Source of the DNA: Fusobacteriaceae bacterium
Lineage (GTDB): Bacteria > Fusobacteriota > Fusobacteriia > Fusobacteriales > Fusobacteriaceae
Length of the DNA stretch: 55,713 bases
Direction of reading: 5' to 3'
Assembly: GCA_031272945.1 (NCBI GenBank)
Contig: JAISST010000115.1
Span: 1-55,713 of the forward strand
Below, piece by piece: positions 18,050 to 29,633 of this stretch; the stretch's first letter is position 1, and the number at the start of each line of letters is the position of its first letter. The position numbers and the translations under genes were made by a program. The notes under the pieces are model-generated. The model ran no database searches. It saw only the letters and a list, made by a program, of their open reading frames with translations, and was not told the origin of the DNA.

Positions 18050-20875
18050 ATGGCAGAGAAAGAAAAAGAATACGGCAACACGCTCAATCTACCGAAAACA
18101 TCGTTTCAAATGAAGGCAAACCTTCCCGTAAAGGAAGTCAAGATATTGGAATACTGGGATCAGAATGATATTTACAACAAAGGGGTCGCGCAAAACGAAG
18201 GCAGGGAGAAATTCATCCTCCACGACGGCCCGCCCTACGCCAACGGCTACCTCCATTTGGGAACGGCTCTCAACAAAGTATTGAAGGACATCATCATCCG
18301 CTACAAGCGCTTCAGCGGCTATCATACGCCCTACATCCCCGGTTGGGACACCCACGGGATGCCCATTGAGTTTAAAGTGATCGAGACTTTGGGCGAAAAA
18401 GCCAAAGAGATGAGCAAGGCGGAAATCCGGGTAAAATGCCGGGAATACGCCGAGAAATTCATCGAAATCCAGAAGGAGGGCTTTATCCGCCTCGGGGTAT
18501 TCGGCAACTGGAAAGATCCTTATCTGACGCTGGATCCGGGATTTGAGGCCAAGGAACTGGAGATCTTCGGCGATATCTATGAAAACGGCTATATTTTCCG
18601 GGGATTGAAGCCCGTTTACTGGTCTACGGCTACCGAAACGGCCCTGGCCGAGGCCGAGATCGAATACTACGACGTGACGTCGCCTTCGATCTATGTGCGC
18701 ATGGAAGCGAACAAAGACCTGACGGACAAGCTGGAATTTGACGGACCCGCCTGGGTTGTCATCTGGACGACGACGCCCTGGACGCTTCCGGCGAATCTCG
18801 CCATTGCCTTCCATCCCGATTTTGTGTACGGACTCTTCAAGACGCCCAGGGGAAACCTGATCCTGGCAAAAGATCTGGCGGCCCGGGCTTTCGGGGAAAT
18901 GGGAATCAAAGAATATGAACTGATCAAAGAATTTCCGGGGACGCTCCTGGAAAATACGACTTACAAACACACCTATCTCGATAAAACGGGACTGATCATC
19001 CTGGGTACCTTCGTCACCGCCGAAGAGGGGACCGGCACCGTACATTCGGCGCCGGGACACGGCCAGGAGGACTATGTGGCCTGCCTGCGCTACGGCCTTC
19101 CGGTATTTTCGCCGATGGATAACAAAGGCCGCCTGACGGAGGAGGCCGGACGCTTCGCGGGGCTCTATTACGACGACGCCAACCGGGAGATCATCAAGTA
19201 CCTCACGGAGACAGGGCATATCCTGCAGGTCAAGGAAATCACCCACTCGTATCCCCATGACTGGCGCTCCAAGAAACCCGTGGTATTCCGGGCTACAGAA
19301 CAGTGGTTTATCCAGGTGGAGGGCTCGGGACTGCGGGATAAGCTGCTGAAAACCCTGGACGACGTACAATTTATACCGGCCTGGGGCAGAAACCGCATCG
19401 GCTCCATGCTGGAAACAAGACCCGACTGGTGTATCTCGAGGCAACGGATCTGGGGCGTCCCGATCCCGGTCTTCTACAATGAGGAAAGCGGCGAGGAAAT
19501 CTACAACCGGGATATTCTGAACCATGTGGTGGGCATTGTCCGGGCGGAAGGCACCAACGCCTGGTGGACCCGTACGGCCGAAGAGCTCATTGGCGAGGAA
19601 AACCTCGTAAAATACGGACTCAAAGGAAAGAAAATCCGGAAAGACGCCAACATCCTCGACGTATGGTTTGACTCGGGATCCAGCCACGCGGCGGTACTGG
19701 AAAATCCCCGCTGGCCCGATCAGCGGCGTCCCGCCGATATGTACCTCGAAGGTTCCGACCAGCACAGAGGGTGGTTCCAGACCTCCTTCATCAATTCGGT
19801 GGCTTCCCGGGGCGACACGCCTTTCCGCAGCATCCTGACCCACGGGTTTGTCGTCGATGAAAAGGGAATCAAGTTTTCCAAATCCCTCGGCAACGCCGTG
19901 GATCCCTATGAGGTCATCAAAGTCTACGGCGCGGATATCCTGCGGCTATGGACCGCTTCGGCCGATTACCGGGAAGACATCCGGGTATCGGACAATATTT
20001 TGAAAAACGTCGTGGAATCCTACCGCCGGATCCGGAATACGGCCCGGTATATTCTGGGAAACATCGGTGACTTTGACGCGACCGTCCACAGCGTGCCCTA
20101 CGCCGAAATGGAAGAAATCGACCGCTGGGCCCTGCTGAAACTGGAAATTCTCAAAAAATACGTCACGGAAAACTATGATAAATACGAGTTTTACAACCTG
20201 TTTCAGGCGATCCATTACTTTGCCGGCGTGGATATGTCCGCCTTTTACCTCGACATCATCAAGGACAGGCTCTATACGGAAGGGAAGGATTCCCGGCTGC
20301 GGCGCTCGGCCCAGACGGCCATGACCAAAATCTTGACGACCCTCTGCAAAATGATCGCGCCGGTGCTTTCTTTCACCGCGGAGGAGATTTGGAGCATGCT
20401 GCCCGAATCCGCCAAAGAGAAGGAATCGGTCCACCTGACCGATTGGTACAAGCCTGAAGCGGAATACCTTGACAAAGAACTTGAGGCGAAGTGGGAGAAG
20501 ATCATCAAAGTCCGCAAGGAGGTCAACAAGCTTCTGGAAAAGGCGAGACAGGGCGAAGGGAAGATCATCGGAAACTCACTGGACGCCAAGGTTTATCTCT
20601 TTACGCAGGACGAAGGATGGAAAACATTCCTTTCGGCCAATGAGGAACTGCTGAAGACGGTCTTCATCGTCTCCCAGCTGGCGCTGACGGCGGAAAAGGA
20701 CGAAACGTACACGGAAGGGGAGGAATTGAAGGGCCTCTTTGTAAAGGCGGCCAGGGCCGGCGGCGACAAATGCCCCCGCTGCTGGAAATATTCCGATGAA
20801 ATCGGAAGCGACAAGGATTATCCCGCTCTGTGTCCCCGCTGCGCGGCCGTATTGAAAGCGGGAAAGCCCTTATGA
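18050..20875 (+). CDS. ileS: Isoleucine--tRNA ligase (type 1)
   Basis: [33 protein letters not shown]-terminal CPRCW...CPRC zinc finger. Confidence 0.98.
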   Translation: MAEKEKEYGNTLNLPKTSFQMKANLPVKEVKILEYWDQNDIYNKGVAQNEGREKFILHDGPPYANGYLHLGTALNKVLKDIIIRYKRFSGYHTPYIPGWDTHGMPIEFKVIETLGEKAKEMSKAEIRVKCREYAEKFIEIQKEGFIRLGVFGNWKDPYLTLDPGFEAKELEIFGDIYENGYIFRGLKPVYWSTATETALAEAEIEYYDVTSPSIYVRMEANKDLTDKLEFDGPAWVVIWTTTPWTLPANLAIAFHPDFVYGLFKTPRGNLILAKDLAARAFGEMGIKEYELIKEFPGTLLENTTYKHTYLDKTGLIILGTFVTAEEGTGTVHSAPGHGQEDYVACLRYGLPVFSPMDNKGRLTEEAGRFAGLYYDDANREIIKYLTETGHILQVKEITHSYPHDWRSKKPVVFRATEQWFIQVEGSGLRDKLLKTLDDVQFIPAWGRNRIGSMLETRPDWCISRQRIWGVPIPVFYNEESGEEIYNRDILNHVVGIVRAEGTNAWWTRTAEELIGEENLVKYGLKGKKIRKDANILDVWFDSGSSHAAVLENPRWPDQRRPADMYLEGSDQHRGWFQTSFINSVASRGDTPFRSILTHGFVVDEKGIKFSKSLGNAVDPYEVIKVYGADILRLWTASADYREDIRVSDNILKNVVESYRRIRNTARYILGNIGDFDATVHSVPYAEMEEIDRWALLKLEILKKYVTENYDKYEFYNLFQAIHYFAGVDMSAFYLDIIKDRLYTEGKDSRLRRSAQTAMTKILTTLCKMIAPVLSFTAEEIWSMLPESAKEKESVHLTDWYKPEAEYLDKELEAKWEKIIKVRKEVNKLLEKARQGEGKIIGNSLDAKVYLFTQDEGWKTFLSANEELLKTVFIVSQLALTAEKDETYTEGEELKGLFVKAARAGGDKCPRCWKYSDEIGSDKDYPALCPRCAAVLKAGKPL

Positions 20876-21375
20876 TTCCGGGGATTTTCCTGCTTGTCCT
20901 GATTGCCCTCGACCAGATCGTCAAAACCATCGTGGCGGGCAATTTCCGGGAGGGAGAAAGTCTTCCCCTGCTGCCGGGATTTTTCCACATCACCTATGTG
21001 CGCAACCGCGGCGTGGCCTTTGGACTTTTGCAGGGAAAAGGCGGGATCATCTCGGCGCTCACCGGAATCGCTGTAATCCTGATCCTTTGGTATCTGCGCC
21101 AAAACCGGAAACATATTTCGGGTCTCGAGAAATACGGATTTCTTCTGATCGCGGCGGGCGCCGCGGGAAATCTGCTGGATCGTGTTTTCCGGGGATATGT
21201 CGTCGATATGATTGATTTCCGGGGAATCTGGAGCTATATCTTCAACGCCGCCGACGTCTGGATCAACGTGGGCGTCGGATTCATCATCCTCGATTATATC
21301 CTGGGACTTGCGCGCGGCAAGGGCAAAAAAAAGAACGCAAACGAATCGAACGACAAAACGAATAAGACGGAATGA
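20872..21375 (+). CDS. lspA: Lipoprotein signal peptidase II
   Basis: LDQIVK, NRGVAFG, GNLLDR, VVDMI, FNAAD; ATGA overlap with the ileS stop. Confidence 0.95.
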   Translation: MIPGIFLLVLIALDQIVKTIVAGNFREGESLPLLPGFFHITYVRNRGVAFGLLQGKGGIISALTGIAVILILWYLRQNRKHISGLEKYGFLLIAAGAAGNLLDRVFRGYVVDMIDFRGIWSYIFNAADVWINVGVGFIILDYILGLARGKGKKKNANESNDKTNKTE

Positions 21376-21434
21376 CCGGAACAGCAGGCGGTACAGGCCT
21401 GCGGAAAGCCGGTACAATTCTTCTGGAGGAAGCA

Positions 21435-22322
21435 ATGACATTTCAAGATTTGATATTCAACCTGACGACCTTTTGGAGCTCCAAAGGCTGTGTCGTGGGG
21501 AATCCCTACGACATTGAGACCGGGGCCGGGACTTTCAATCCCAATACGTTCCTGATGTCTCTGGGACCGGAGCCCTGGAACGTCGCCTATGTGGAGCCAT
21601 CCCGGAGACCGAAGGACGGCCGCTATGGAGAAAATCCGAACCGGGTCTATCAGCATCATCAGTTTCAGGTGATTATGAAGCCCTCGCCTCTGGACATCCA
21701 GGAACTCTATATCGAGAGTCTCAGGAGTCTCGGCATGGAGCCTCAAAAGCACGACATCCGCTTTGTGGAAGACGATTGGGAATCGCCGACGCTGGGCGCC
21801 TGGGGCCTCGGCTGGGAAGTATGGCTCGACGGGATGGAAGTGACGCAGTTCACCTATTTCCAGCAAGTGGGCGGGCTGGAGCTCGACCCGATCCCCGTGG
21901 AGATCACCTATGGTCTCGAGCGGATCGCCCTGTACATCCAAAACAAAGAGAGCATCTTTGACCTCGAATGGGCTCCCGGCATCAAATACGGAGATATGCG
22001 CTACCAATACGAATATGAAAATTCCCGCTACGCTTTTGAAGTGGCCGATACAGACCTGCATTTCCGCTGGTTTGACGAATTTGAAGGGGAGGCGAAACGG
22101 GCCCTGGACGCGGGGTTGGTACTGCCGGCCTATGACTATGTGCTCAAATGCTCCCACGTATTCAATATTCTCGATTCCCGAGGCGTCATTTCCACAACGG
22201 AACGCATGGCGTACATCCTGCGCGTCCGGAACCTGGCCCGGGGCTGCGCGGAGGTCTATGTGAAAAACAGGAAGGATCTGGGCTATCCCTTGTTGAAAGG
22301 GCAGAGGAGGGAGGCAAAATGA
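21435..22322 (+). CDS. glyQ: Glycine--tRNA ligase alpha subunit
   Basis: [34 protein letters not shown]. Confidence 0.97.
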   Translation: MTFQDLIFNLTTFWSSKGCVVGNPYDIETGAGTFNPNTFLMSLGPEPWNVAYVEPSRRPKDGRYGENPNRVYQHHQFQVIMKPSPLDIQELYIESLRSLGMEPQKHDIRFVEDDWESPTLGAWGLGWEVWLDGMEVTQFTYFQQVGGLELDPIPVEITYGLERIALYIQNKESIFDLEWAPGIKYGDMRYQYEYENSRYAFEVADTDLHFRWFDEFEGEAKRALDAGLVLPAYDYVLKCSHVFNILDSRGVISTTERMAYILRVRNLARGCAEVYVKNRKDLGYPLLKGQRREAK

Positions 22323-24385
22323 GACTGTTATTTGAAGTGGGGATGGAGGAAATCCCGGCCCGCTTTTTGCGGGATGCGCTGAAAAGCATGAAAGAAAGCC
22401 TCGCCGCTACGTTGAAAGACGGAAGGATCGAATACGCGGACATCAAGACCTACGGAACGCCCCGCCGGCTTGTCCTCGAAGTCACAGACCTCGCGCCCTT
22501 ACAGAAGGATCTCGATACGGTCAATCTGGGACCCGCCCGGCATGTGGCCTACGATGAGAACGGGGCCATCTCCAAGGCCGGCATGGGCTTTGTAAAATCC
22601 CAGGGACTCAAGGTCTCGGAAATCGAAATCATCAAGACCCCCAAGGGAGAATACATCGGCGCGCGGAAATTTGTCAAGGGAAAGGAAACCCGGGAACTGC
22701 TGCCCGATATCCTGAAGAATCTTGTGCTCGGTCTCAATTTTCCCAAATCCATGCGCTGGGCCGATAAAAAAATCCGCTTTGCGCGCCCGATCCAATGGTT
22801 TTTGGCCCTGCTTGACTCCGAAGTCGTCCGTTTTTCCATCGAGGGCATGGAAAGCGGGAACAAATCCCGGGGACATCGCTTCTTCGGCGGGGAATTCGAA
22901 GTGTCCTCGGCCGACGAGTATTTCGCAAAAATCCGGGAAAACAACGTAATCGTCGATATCGACGAGCGGAAGGAACTGATCCGCAGACTCGTCCAGAGCG
23001 CCTGCAACAAGAAAGAGCGCGTCCTGATTGAGGAGGAACTGCTGGAGGAAGTGACAAACCTCGTGGAGATTCCTTACGCCATTGTGGGGAGCTTCAACGC
23101 GGACTTTCTCGAAGTGCCGCAGGAGGTCCTGATCATTTCCATGGAAGTACACCAGCGGTATTTCCCGATCCTCGATGAGGCCGGAAAACTGCTGCCGAAA
23201 TTTATCGTGATCCGCAACGGCGTCGAGGATTCCGACGAAGTCCGCAAAGGAAACGAAAAAGTGCTTTCGGCACGGCTGGCCGACGCGCGTTTCTTCTATC
23301 AGGAAGACCTGAAGCGCCCCTTGGAGCATAATGTGGAAAAACTCAAGACCGTCGTCTTTCAGAAAGACCTCGGGACCATCTATGACAAAATCGTCCGGAT
23401 GGAGAAACTGGGCCGATTCCTCATTGAAAAACTGAACTATGAGACTTCGGCCCATGAGATTTTGCGTGTGATCCGTCTCGCCAAAGCCGACCTGGTGTCC
23501 GATATGATCGGCGAAAAGGAATTTACGAAACTTCAGGGCTTTATGGGCGCCGATTACGCGAAGAAATCCGGCGAAGGGGAAAAAGTCGCCCGGGGAATCG
23601 AAGAGCACTATTATCCGCGATTTGCCGGAGACAGGCTGCCGGCGGGCATCGAAGGCTGCGTCGCCGGTCTCGCCGACCGGATGGATACGCTGGCCGGATG
23701 TTTCGGCGTCGGCGTGATCCCCAGCGGATCGAAGGATCCCTTTGCCCTGCGGCGGGCGGCGCTGGGCATCGTCAATCTGATATTAAACGCCGGGCTGCGC
23801 TTGTCCCTGCGGGAATTCGCCTCCTGCGCCCTGGACGTCCTGCAAGAGGGAGGCGTGCTCAAGCGGCCGAAGGAGGAAGTCCTCCGGGAGGTCCTTGATT
23901 TCTTTGCCCAGCGGGCCGTCAACGTCTTTTCCGACGCCGGCTATCCCCGGGACGTCATCGCTTCGGTATTGGCCGTGACGTGCGACGATCTTGTGCGGGA
24001 ACGGGAAAAGATCAATACGCTCTCGGTCTTTGTCAAGAGCGATGATTTCCGGAAATTCCTCCCCACCTTGAAGCGGGTCGAGAATATTTCCAAAGATTTC
24101 GGAGAACCGGCCCGGATCAACCCCGCCCGGTTTGAGAAAGACGTGGAGACGGAACTCTACACTTATGCGCGAAACCTTGAGGAACAGGCAAAGACCTTCG
24201 CGGAGAAAGGGGAATACATCAGCTATTTCACGGCGCTGCTCCAAAGCGGGGATGTGATCAACCGCTATTTCGAACAGGTCATGATCATGGCGGAAAATGA
24301 GGATGTGCGGAAAAACCGCCTGTCCCAGGTGAAGACTCTGGCGAATTTGTTCAATTTGGTCGCGGATTTGGATAAGATTGAATAG
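22319..24385 (+). CDS. glyS: Glycine--tRNA ligase beta subunit
   Basis: [35 protein letters not shown]. Start is ATG 22319 (ATGA overlap), not 22148. Confidence 0.96.
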   Translation: MRLLFEVGMEEIPARFLRDALKSMKESLAATLKDGRIEYADIKTYGTPRRLVLEVTDLAPLQKDLDTVNLGPARHVAYDENGAISKAGMGFVKSQGLKVSEIEIIKTPKGEYIGARKFVKGKETRELLPDILKNLVLGLNFPKSMRWADKKIRFARPIQWFLALLDSEVVRFSIEGMESGNKSRGHRFFGGEFEVSSADEYFAKIRENNVIVDIDERKELIRRLVQSACNKKERVLIEEELLEEVTNLVEIPYAIVGSFNADFLEVPQEVLIISMEVHQRYFPILDEAGKLLPKFIVIRNGVEDSDEVRKGNEKVLSARLADARFFYQEDLKRPLEHNVEKLKTVVFQKDLGTIYDKIVRMEKLGRFLIEKLNYETSAHEILRVIRLAKADLVSDMIGEKEFTKLQGFMGADYAKKSGEGEKVARGIEEHYYPRFAGDRLPAGIEGCVAGLADRMDTLAGCFGVGVIPSGSKDPFALRRAALGIVNLILNAGLRLSLREFASCALDVLQEGGVLKRPKEEVLREVLDFFAQRAVNVFSDAGYPRDVIASVLAVTCDDLVREREKINTLSVFVKSDDFRKFLPTLKRVENISKDFGEPARINPARFEKDVETELYTYARNLEEQAKTFAEKGEYISYFTALLQSGDVINRYFEQVMIMAENEDVRKNRLSQVKTLANLFNLVADLDKIE

Positions 24386-24496
24386 AATTAAAAAAGAAAA
24401 GTGGGAACCTTTGAAATGATAAAATCTGGGTAACGGTTATATTTGGGGACCATAGGTCCAGTATTACAGATGAATTGTTATTTTGGAGGAGCCTGC

Positions 24497-25519
24497 ATGA
24501 AAAATTTTTTGAAACGCAAGAATATTGATATTTCTTTGAAAACCTATCTCGTGGACGCATCGGGCTATATGGCCCTCGGACTCTTTTCGACGCTCTTGAT
24601 CGGAACGATTCTCAATACCCTCGGCGGGAAACTGGGGATCAAGTTTCTGACGGGCATTGTGTGGGAATGGACCAGTACCATGACGGGACCCGCCATCGGG
24701 ATTGCCGTCGCTTACGGGCTGAAGGCGCCGCACCTGGTGCTTTTCGCTTCCACCGTCACGGGCGGCTTCGGCATGAAGTTGGGGGGCCCCATCGGGGCCT
24801 TTATCGGGGCTCTTGTGGGCGCCGAATTCGGAAAAGTCGTCTCGAAGGAAACAAAGGTCGACATCCTTGTGACCCCGGCGGTCACGATCCTTACGGGCGC
24901 CTTTATTGTGACCCTTGTGGGACCCGCCGTCTCGAAAGTCATGACGGGTCTGGGCGCTTTCGTGATGTACGCGACGGAACTTCATCCGTTTACCATGGGG
25001 ATCCTCGTATCGGTTACGGTGGGGATCGTATTGACGCTACCCATCAGTTCCGCGGCGCTTTGTATGACCATCGGCCTTTCAGGAATCGCGGCAGGCGCCG
25101 CTACCGTCGGGTGCAGCGCGCAGATGATCGGTTTTGCGGTCATGTCCTTCCGGGAAAACCGCTGGGGCGGTCTTGTGGCTCAGGGTCTCGGGACTTCCAT
25201 GCTCCAGATCGGGAACATCGCCAAAAACTGGAAAATCTGGATACCGCCCACGCTTGCTTCCGCCGTTTTAGGGCCTGTGGCGACGCTTGTGTACAAATAT
25301 GAAAACGTACCCATCGGCGCGGGAATGGGAACTTCGGGACTCGTCGGGCAGTTTTGCACCCTGACGCGGATGGAAGAACTGGGCCGGGGAGGGATCTCCC
25401 TCTATATCGGCATATTGACGCTGCATTTTATCCTGCCCGCGTTGCTCACGTTGGCGTCGGCGGAATTTATGCGTAAAAAAGGCTGGATCCGGGAAGGGGA
25501 TCTGAAGCTGGATCTCTGA
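24497..25519 (+). CDS. PTS-EIIC-like / PfoR-family integral membrane protein
   Basis: MALGLFSTLLIG, LTLPISSAA, QGLGTSMLQ, GMGTSGLVG, GDLKL C-terminus. Confidence 0.8.
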   Translation: MKNFLKRKNIDISLKTYLVDASGYMALGLFSTLLIGTILNTLGGKLGIKFLTGIVWEWTSTMTGPAIGIAVAYGLKAPHLVLFASTVTGGFGMKLGGPIGAFIGALVGAEFGKVVSKETKVDILVTPAVTILTGAFIVTLVGPAVSKVMTGLGAFVMYATELHPFTMGILVSVTVGIVLTLPISSAALCMTIGLSGIAAGAATVGCSAQMIGFAVMSFRENRWGGLVAQGLGTSMLQIGNIAKNWKIWIPPTLASAVLGPVATLVYKYENVPIGAGMGTSGLVGQFCTLTRMEELGRGGISLYIGILTLHFILPALLTLASAEFMRKKGWIREGDLKLDL

Positions 25520-25529
25520 GGAGTTCGTC

Positions 25530-26111
25530 ATGAAAAATGAAAAGGAAACAATCCCCTCTCTCTTTTTGGGAGAGCGGGACATCGGCGCAATTTCCGACAA
25601 ATTGTCGGAAATCCTGGATATTCTGGAGAAAGACCCCGTAAGGCGGGCGGCTTTGGCGGCAAGCCCGGGGAAAATCGCCGAGAGTTGGCGGGAAATCTTC
25701 GGCGGGATCACCAAAGACCCCGCGGCGGAGCTCCGGAACAAGTATAGAGCCGTAAGCGCGGATCCGGTGGCCTTGCGGGACATCGCCTTCACTTCCATGT
25801 GTGAGCACCATTTCCTGCCCTTTTTCGGAACCATCGACATCGCCTACCGGCCCCGGGATCTGATCGCGGGCTTCGGCGCCATCATCCGCCTGGCGGAGGT
25901 CTACGCCAAAAGACCTCAGATACAGGAAAGGCTGACTGCGGAGATTGCCGACAAGCTTTATGAGGAATTGCGGCCCGCGGGGCTTCTTGTCCGGATTCGG
26001 GCAAGACACCTGTGCATGACCATGATCGGCGGGAAAAAAAGCGAAAGCGCCGTCGCGACCGAGGCCTGCCGGGGAGAATACGCCGACTTGCGCGGGCTTT
26101 TAGGGAACTGA
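25530..26111 (+). CDS. folE: GTP cyclohydrolase I
   Basis: SMCEHHFLPFFG, RPQIQERLT, HLCM. Confidence 0.92.
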   Translation: MKNEKETIPSLFLGERDIGAISDKLSEILDILEKDPVRRAALAASPGKIAESWREIFGGITKDPAAELRNKYRAVSADPVALRDIAFTSMCEHHFLPFFGTIDIAYRPRDLIAGFGAIIRLAEVYAKRPQIQERLTAEIADKLYEELRPAGLLVRIRARHLCMTMIGGKKSESAVATEACRGEYADLRGLLGN

Positions 26112-26120
26112 GGAAAAACC

Positions 26121-26966
26121 ATGGATGTAATCACCATAGAAAATCTTGAATTTATCGCCTATCACGGCGTCTACCAGGAGGAAAAACGTCTCGGCCAGAA
26201 ATTTTTGGTGTCGGTCTCCATGGAGACCGGCGTGCGGAAAGCCGGGAAGACGGGTAAATTGGAGCACACGATCCACTACGGGCAAATCGCCAGGGATGTG
26301 GAAAAGAATTTTACGGAAAAGAGTTTTGACCTGCTGGAAACCTGCGCCGAAACCATTGCCGAGTTCCTGCTGACAAAATACGGAAATATCCGGGCCATCA
26401 CGATTACGATCAAAAAACCCTGGGCGCCGCTCAAAATGCACTTTGAGTACGTGTCCGTAACGATAACCCGACGGCGCTCCACGGTATGGCTTTCCCTGGG
26501 TGCCAATACCGGCGACCGGAAGAAAAATCTTGAGAGCGCCATGGAGGCGCTCGGTAAGTTGCGAAACACGAAACTATTGAAAGTCAGCGCCATCCTGGAA
26601 ACAAAGCCTTTCGGCTACCCGGATCAGCCCGATTTTTTAAACTGCGCCGCGGGTCTTACGACGCTTCTGACGCCCCGGGAACTTTTGGAAGAAATCCACC
26701 GGATCGAGGCGGAGCACGGGCGGGACAGAAGCAGGGAGATCCACTGGGGGCCGCGGCCTCTGGATATTGACATCCTTCTTTTCGGCGATCTTGTAACGGA
26801 AGAGGATGATCTGATCCTTCCCCATCCTTATCTGGAACAGCGGGAATTTGTGCTGGCGCCGCTGACTGAAATCGCACCCTTCGCGCTCCACCCCCTGCTC
26901 GGAAAGCGGATGCTCACATTGCTGAAGGAATTGCGGGACCGGGAAAAAGGCGGGGAAAGGTCATGA
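26121..26966 (+). CDS. folK: Bifunctional dihydroneopterin aldolase / HPPK (FolB-FolK fusion)
   Basis: N-terminal YHGVYQEE..LGQKF, KKPWAP (FolB); C-terminal LSLGAN, QPDFLN, WGPRPLDIDIL, LPHP (FolK). Confidence 0.93.
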   Translation: MDVITIENLEFIAYHGVYQEEKRLGQKFLVSVSMETGVRKAGKTGKLEHTIHYGQIARDVEKNFTEKSFDLLETCAETIAEFLLTKYGNIRAITITIKKPWAPLKMHFEYVSVTITRRRSTVWLSLGANTGDRKKNLESAMEALGKLRNTKLLKVSAILETKPFGYPDQPDFLNCAAGLTTLLTPRELLEEIHRIEAEHGRDRSREIHWGPRPLDIDILLFGDLVTEEDDLILPHPYLEQREFVLAPLTEIAPFALHPLLGKRMLTLLKELRDREKGGERS

Positions 26967-27787
26967 TCCGTCCGTTGAAATGCCGGGAAAAGCGGCTGAT
27001 CCTGGGAGAGCGCACGCTCTTGATGGGCATTCTCAACTTGACGCCCGATTCCTCTTCCGACGGCGGCAGTCACGCAACCCTTGAAGCCGCCTTGGCTCAC
27101 GCGCGCCAAATGATTACAGAGGGCGCCGATATCATCGATGTGGGCGGTGAATCCACAAGGCCGGGCTACGAGAGAATCAACGACGAACTGGAGATCGCCC
27201 GGATCCTTCCTTTGATCCGGGCGCTGCGGGAACAGACGGACATCGTCATTTCCGTCGATACATACAAATACCGGGTAGCGGAAGCGGCCCTGGCCGCGGG
27301 GGCCCATATGGTCAACGACATTTGGGGCCTGCAGGCGGACGCGGGAGAAATGGCCGGAGTCGTCGCACGCTATGGGGCGGGACTCACAGTTATGCACAAC
27401 CGGGAAAGCGTCGAAGAATGCGTAGATCTAATGGTCGCTGTGGCCGGATTTTTCGAAAAATCAAAAGAAATCGCGGGAATTCACGGCATATGTCGGGAAT
27501 CTCTGCTCTTTGATCCGGGCGTCGGCTTCGGGAAGACCGCGAATCAAAACTGGGAAATCCTGCGAAGACTCGGAGAATTGACGCCTATCGGTCCCCTTCT
27601 TTTGGGGACGTCCCGGAAGGGCTTCCTCGGAAAACTCACAGGGGAAGCGCAACCGAAGCAAAGAGACGCGGCGACCCTTGCCACATCCGTCGCGGCTGTA
27701 GCCGCCGGCGCGGAGGTCCTCCGGGTCCACAACATCAAAGCAAACAAAGCGGCGATTGCCGTTGCAGATAAACTATACAGGAGTTGA
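26963..27787 (+). CDS. folP: Dihydropteroate synthase
   Basis: MGILNLTPDS.SDGG, DVGGESTRPG, DPGVGFGK, SRKGF, LRVHN. Confidence 0.95.
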   Translation: MIRPLKCREKRLILGERTLLMGILNLTPDSSSDGGSHATLEAALAHARQMITEGADIIDVGGESTRPGYERINDELEIARILPLIRALREQTDIVISVDTYKYRVAEAALAAGAHMVNDIWGLQADAGEMAGVVARYGAGLTVMHNRESVEECVDLMVAVAGFFEKSKEIAGIHGICRESLLFDPGVGFGKTANQNWEILRRLGELTPIGPLLLGTSRKGFLGKLTGEAQPKQRDAATLATSVAAVAAGAEVLRVHNIKANKAAIAVADKLYRS

Positions 27788-29097
27788 AGCATACGATGAG
27801 CAACAACCATCATAAAGGAAAACACCGGGAAATCGTACTCCTATTTTCCTTAAGCCTTATAACGGGCGTCCTCACAGGGCTTACAGCCTCATTTTACCGC
27901 TGGGGACTTCAGACCATCAATCATATGAGAATCCGGGTTTTTTCAGGCCTTAGCCTTGGAAATCCCCTGAAGCTATTGGGCATCTGGCTCTTTTTCCTTG
28001 CCGTGGGGCTCCTCCTGGGCAAGATCGGATCCTTTTTCCCGCAGATCAGCGGAAGCGGCATTCCCCAGGTGAAAGGGGTTCTTTTCCGGAAAATCTCCTA
28101 TCTCCACTGGAAAGCGGAGCTCTTTTTCAAGTTTCTGACAGGTCTTTTGGGGATCGGCTGCGGGCTGTCCCTGGGAAGAGAGGGACCTTCCGTGCAACTG
28201 GGCTCCTATGTGGGCTATGGCGTCGCCGAAATTTGCGGCGTCAGTGAGGTCGAAGAGCGCCATCTTGTGACGGCGGGGGCCGGAGCGGGTCTGGCGGGGG
28301 CTTTTGGCGCGCCTTTGGCAGGGGTTATGTTTTCTCTGGAAGAATTGCACAGGGTCATTACGAGCAAGCTTTTGATCGCGACTTTTGTGGCCGCCGTGGC
28401 GGCGGATTTCGTCGGCCGGCGGATGTTCGGCATGAATCCGGCTTTTAATATGAGCGTGCGCTACCCCGCGGAAATGAATCCCTACCTGCATTTCGGACTT
28501 ATGATCCTGTTCGGAATCGGCGTCGCCTTTGTGGGGAAGCTATTCACACGGTCCCTGACGCTCTTTCAGGACCTGTTCCACTTGGCGCGCTTTTCCCGGA
28601 GAATAAAGATTTGCTTTGTGATGACAACGGCCTTTATTCTCTGTTTTCTGCTGCCCGAGGCCACGGGAGGCGGTCATGAGCTGGCCGAATCCCTGATTGT
28701 CAGTAAAGAGACGTTGATTTTTTTGATTTTTATTTTTGTCGTCAAGTTTTTATTTACGGTCCTTTCCTATTCCACAGGCTTTGCCGGCGGGATCTTTCTT
28801 CCCATGCTGGTATTGGGGGCGATTTTGGGGAAAATCTACGCCATCTGTCTCATGGGCATCCTGGGTCTCGGCCCCGAACAGATCCCCCACTATATGATCC
28901 TGGGGATGACGGCTTTCTTTGTGGCCGTGGTCAGAGCCCCCCTGACGGGAACGGTCCTGATCCTGGAAATGACAGGGACATTCGAACATCTGCTGGCGCT
29001 CACGCTCATATCCGCCATCGCTTTCCTCGTAACGGATCTGCTGAATCTGGCGCCGGTCTATGAGATTTTATACGACCGAATGGACAAGGGGAAATAA
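27784..29097 (+). CDS. ClC-family H+/Cl- exchange transporter
   Basis: GSGIP, GREGP and GGIFLP signature motifs; start may be TTG 27784 or ATG 27796. Confidence 0.93.
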   Translation: MKHTMSNNHHKGKHREIVLLFSLSLITGVLTGLTASFYRWGLQTINHMRIRVFSGLSLGNPLKLLGIWLFFLAVGLLLGKIGSFFPQISGSGIPQVKGVLFRKISYLHWKAELFFKFLTGLLGIGCGLSLGREGPSVQLGSYVGYGVAEICGVSEVEERHLVTAGAGAGLAGAFGAPLAGVMFSLEELHRVITSKLLIATFVAAVAADFVGRRMFGMNPAFNMSVRYPAEMNPYLHFGLMILFGIGVAFVGKLFTRSLTLFQDLFHLARFSRRIKICFVMTTAFILCFLLPEATGGGHELAESLIVSKETLIFLIFIFVVKFLFTVLSYSTGFAGGIFLPMLVLGAILGKIYAICLMGILGLGPEQIPHYMILGMTAFFVAVVRAPLTGTVLILEMTGTFEHLLALTLISAIAFLVTDLLNLAPVYEILYDRMDKGK

Positions 29098-29147
29098 CAG
29101 GCCTGACAAATCAAGCATTTTATGACACACGAAACAGGAGATACGCT

Positions 29148-29633
29148 ATGATCGCAGAATTTAAACATCCGGAATTTGCAAGAAAGAAAATAGTTTTTGA
29201 TATCGGTTATTTCAAGGTGCGCTGCCGCCAGGGGGATACGCCCTCGAAATTCAGAAGGACCCGGGGATTCCCCGTCACCGACAACAAAGGGGACGAACGC
29301 TTCCTTGTGTACAGGGACCCCATCATCCAACCCCCTTACGTAAAAGTGGACGGGAGGGAAACCGTGAAGCTCTTTGACCGGATTCCCAATCTGGCCTGGA
29401 CCTTCGTCTTGACGGAAATGCTGATTTTCTTTACATTTCCGCTCTGGTGGGTCATCAAGGGGCTCATCGAACTCATGTCCTTCATTTACCTCCGCAACAA
29501 CTACCTGTCGGATCGGACAGGCAAAAGGAAACTGGTCCATTCGATTCTCTGTATCATCGTAACGGGAGTCTTTATGGTTTTGGTACACTATTTCATGTTG
29601 CTGAGAGCAAGGGGCGTGACGGTCAATGGCTGA
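29148..29633 (+). CDS. Hypothetical membrane protein
   Basis: AGGAG RBS, C-terminal hydrophobic helices, overlaps the start of the next gene. Confidence 0.65.
   Translation: MIAEFKHPEFARKKIVFDIGYFKVRCRQGDTPSKFRRTRGFPVTDNKGDERFLVYRDPIIQPPYVKVDGRETVKLFDRIPNLAWTFVLTEMLIFFTFPLWWVIKGLIELMSFIYLRNNYLSDRTGKRKLVHSILCIIVTGVFMVLVHYFMLLRARGVTVNG

Noticed and set aside
18089-19843. Long antisense ORFs (584 aa opposite ileS; similar ones opposite the ABC ATPase, glyS and ffh)
   Set aside because: Shadow frames expected from GC-rich codon bias of the real genes; no motifs.
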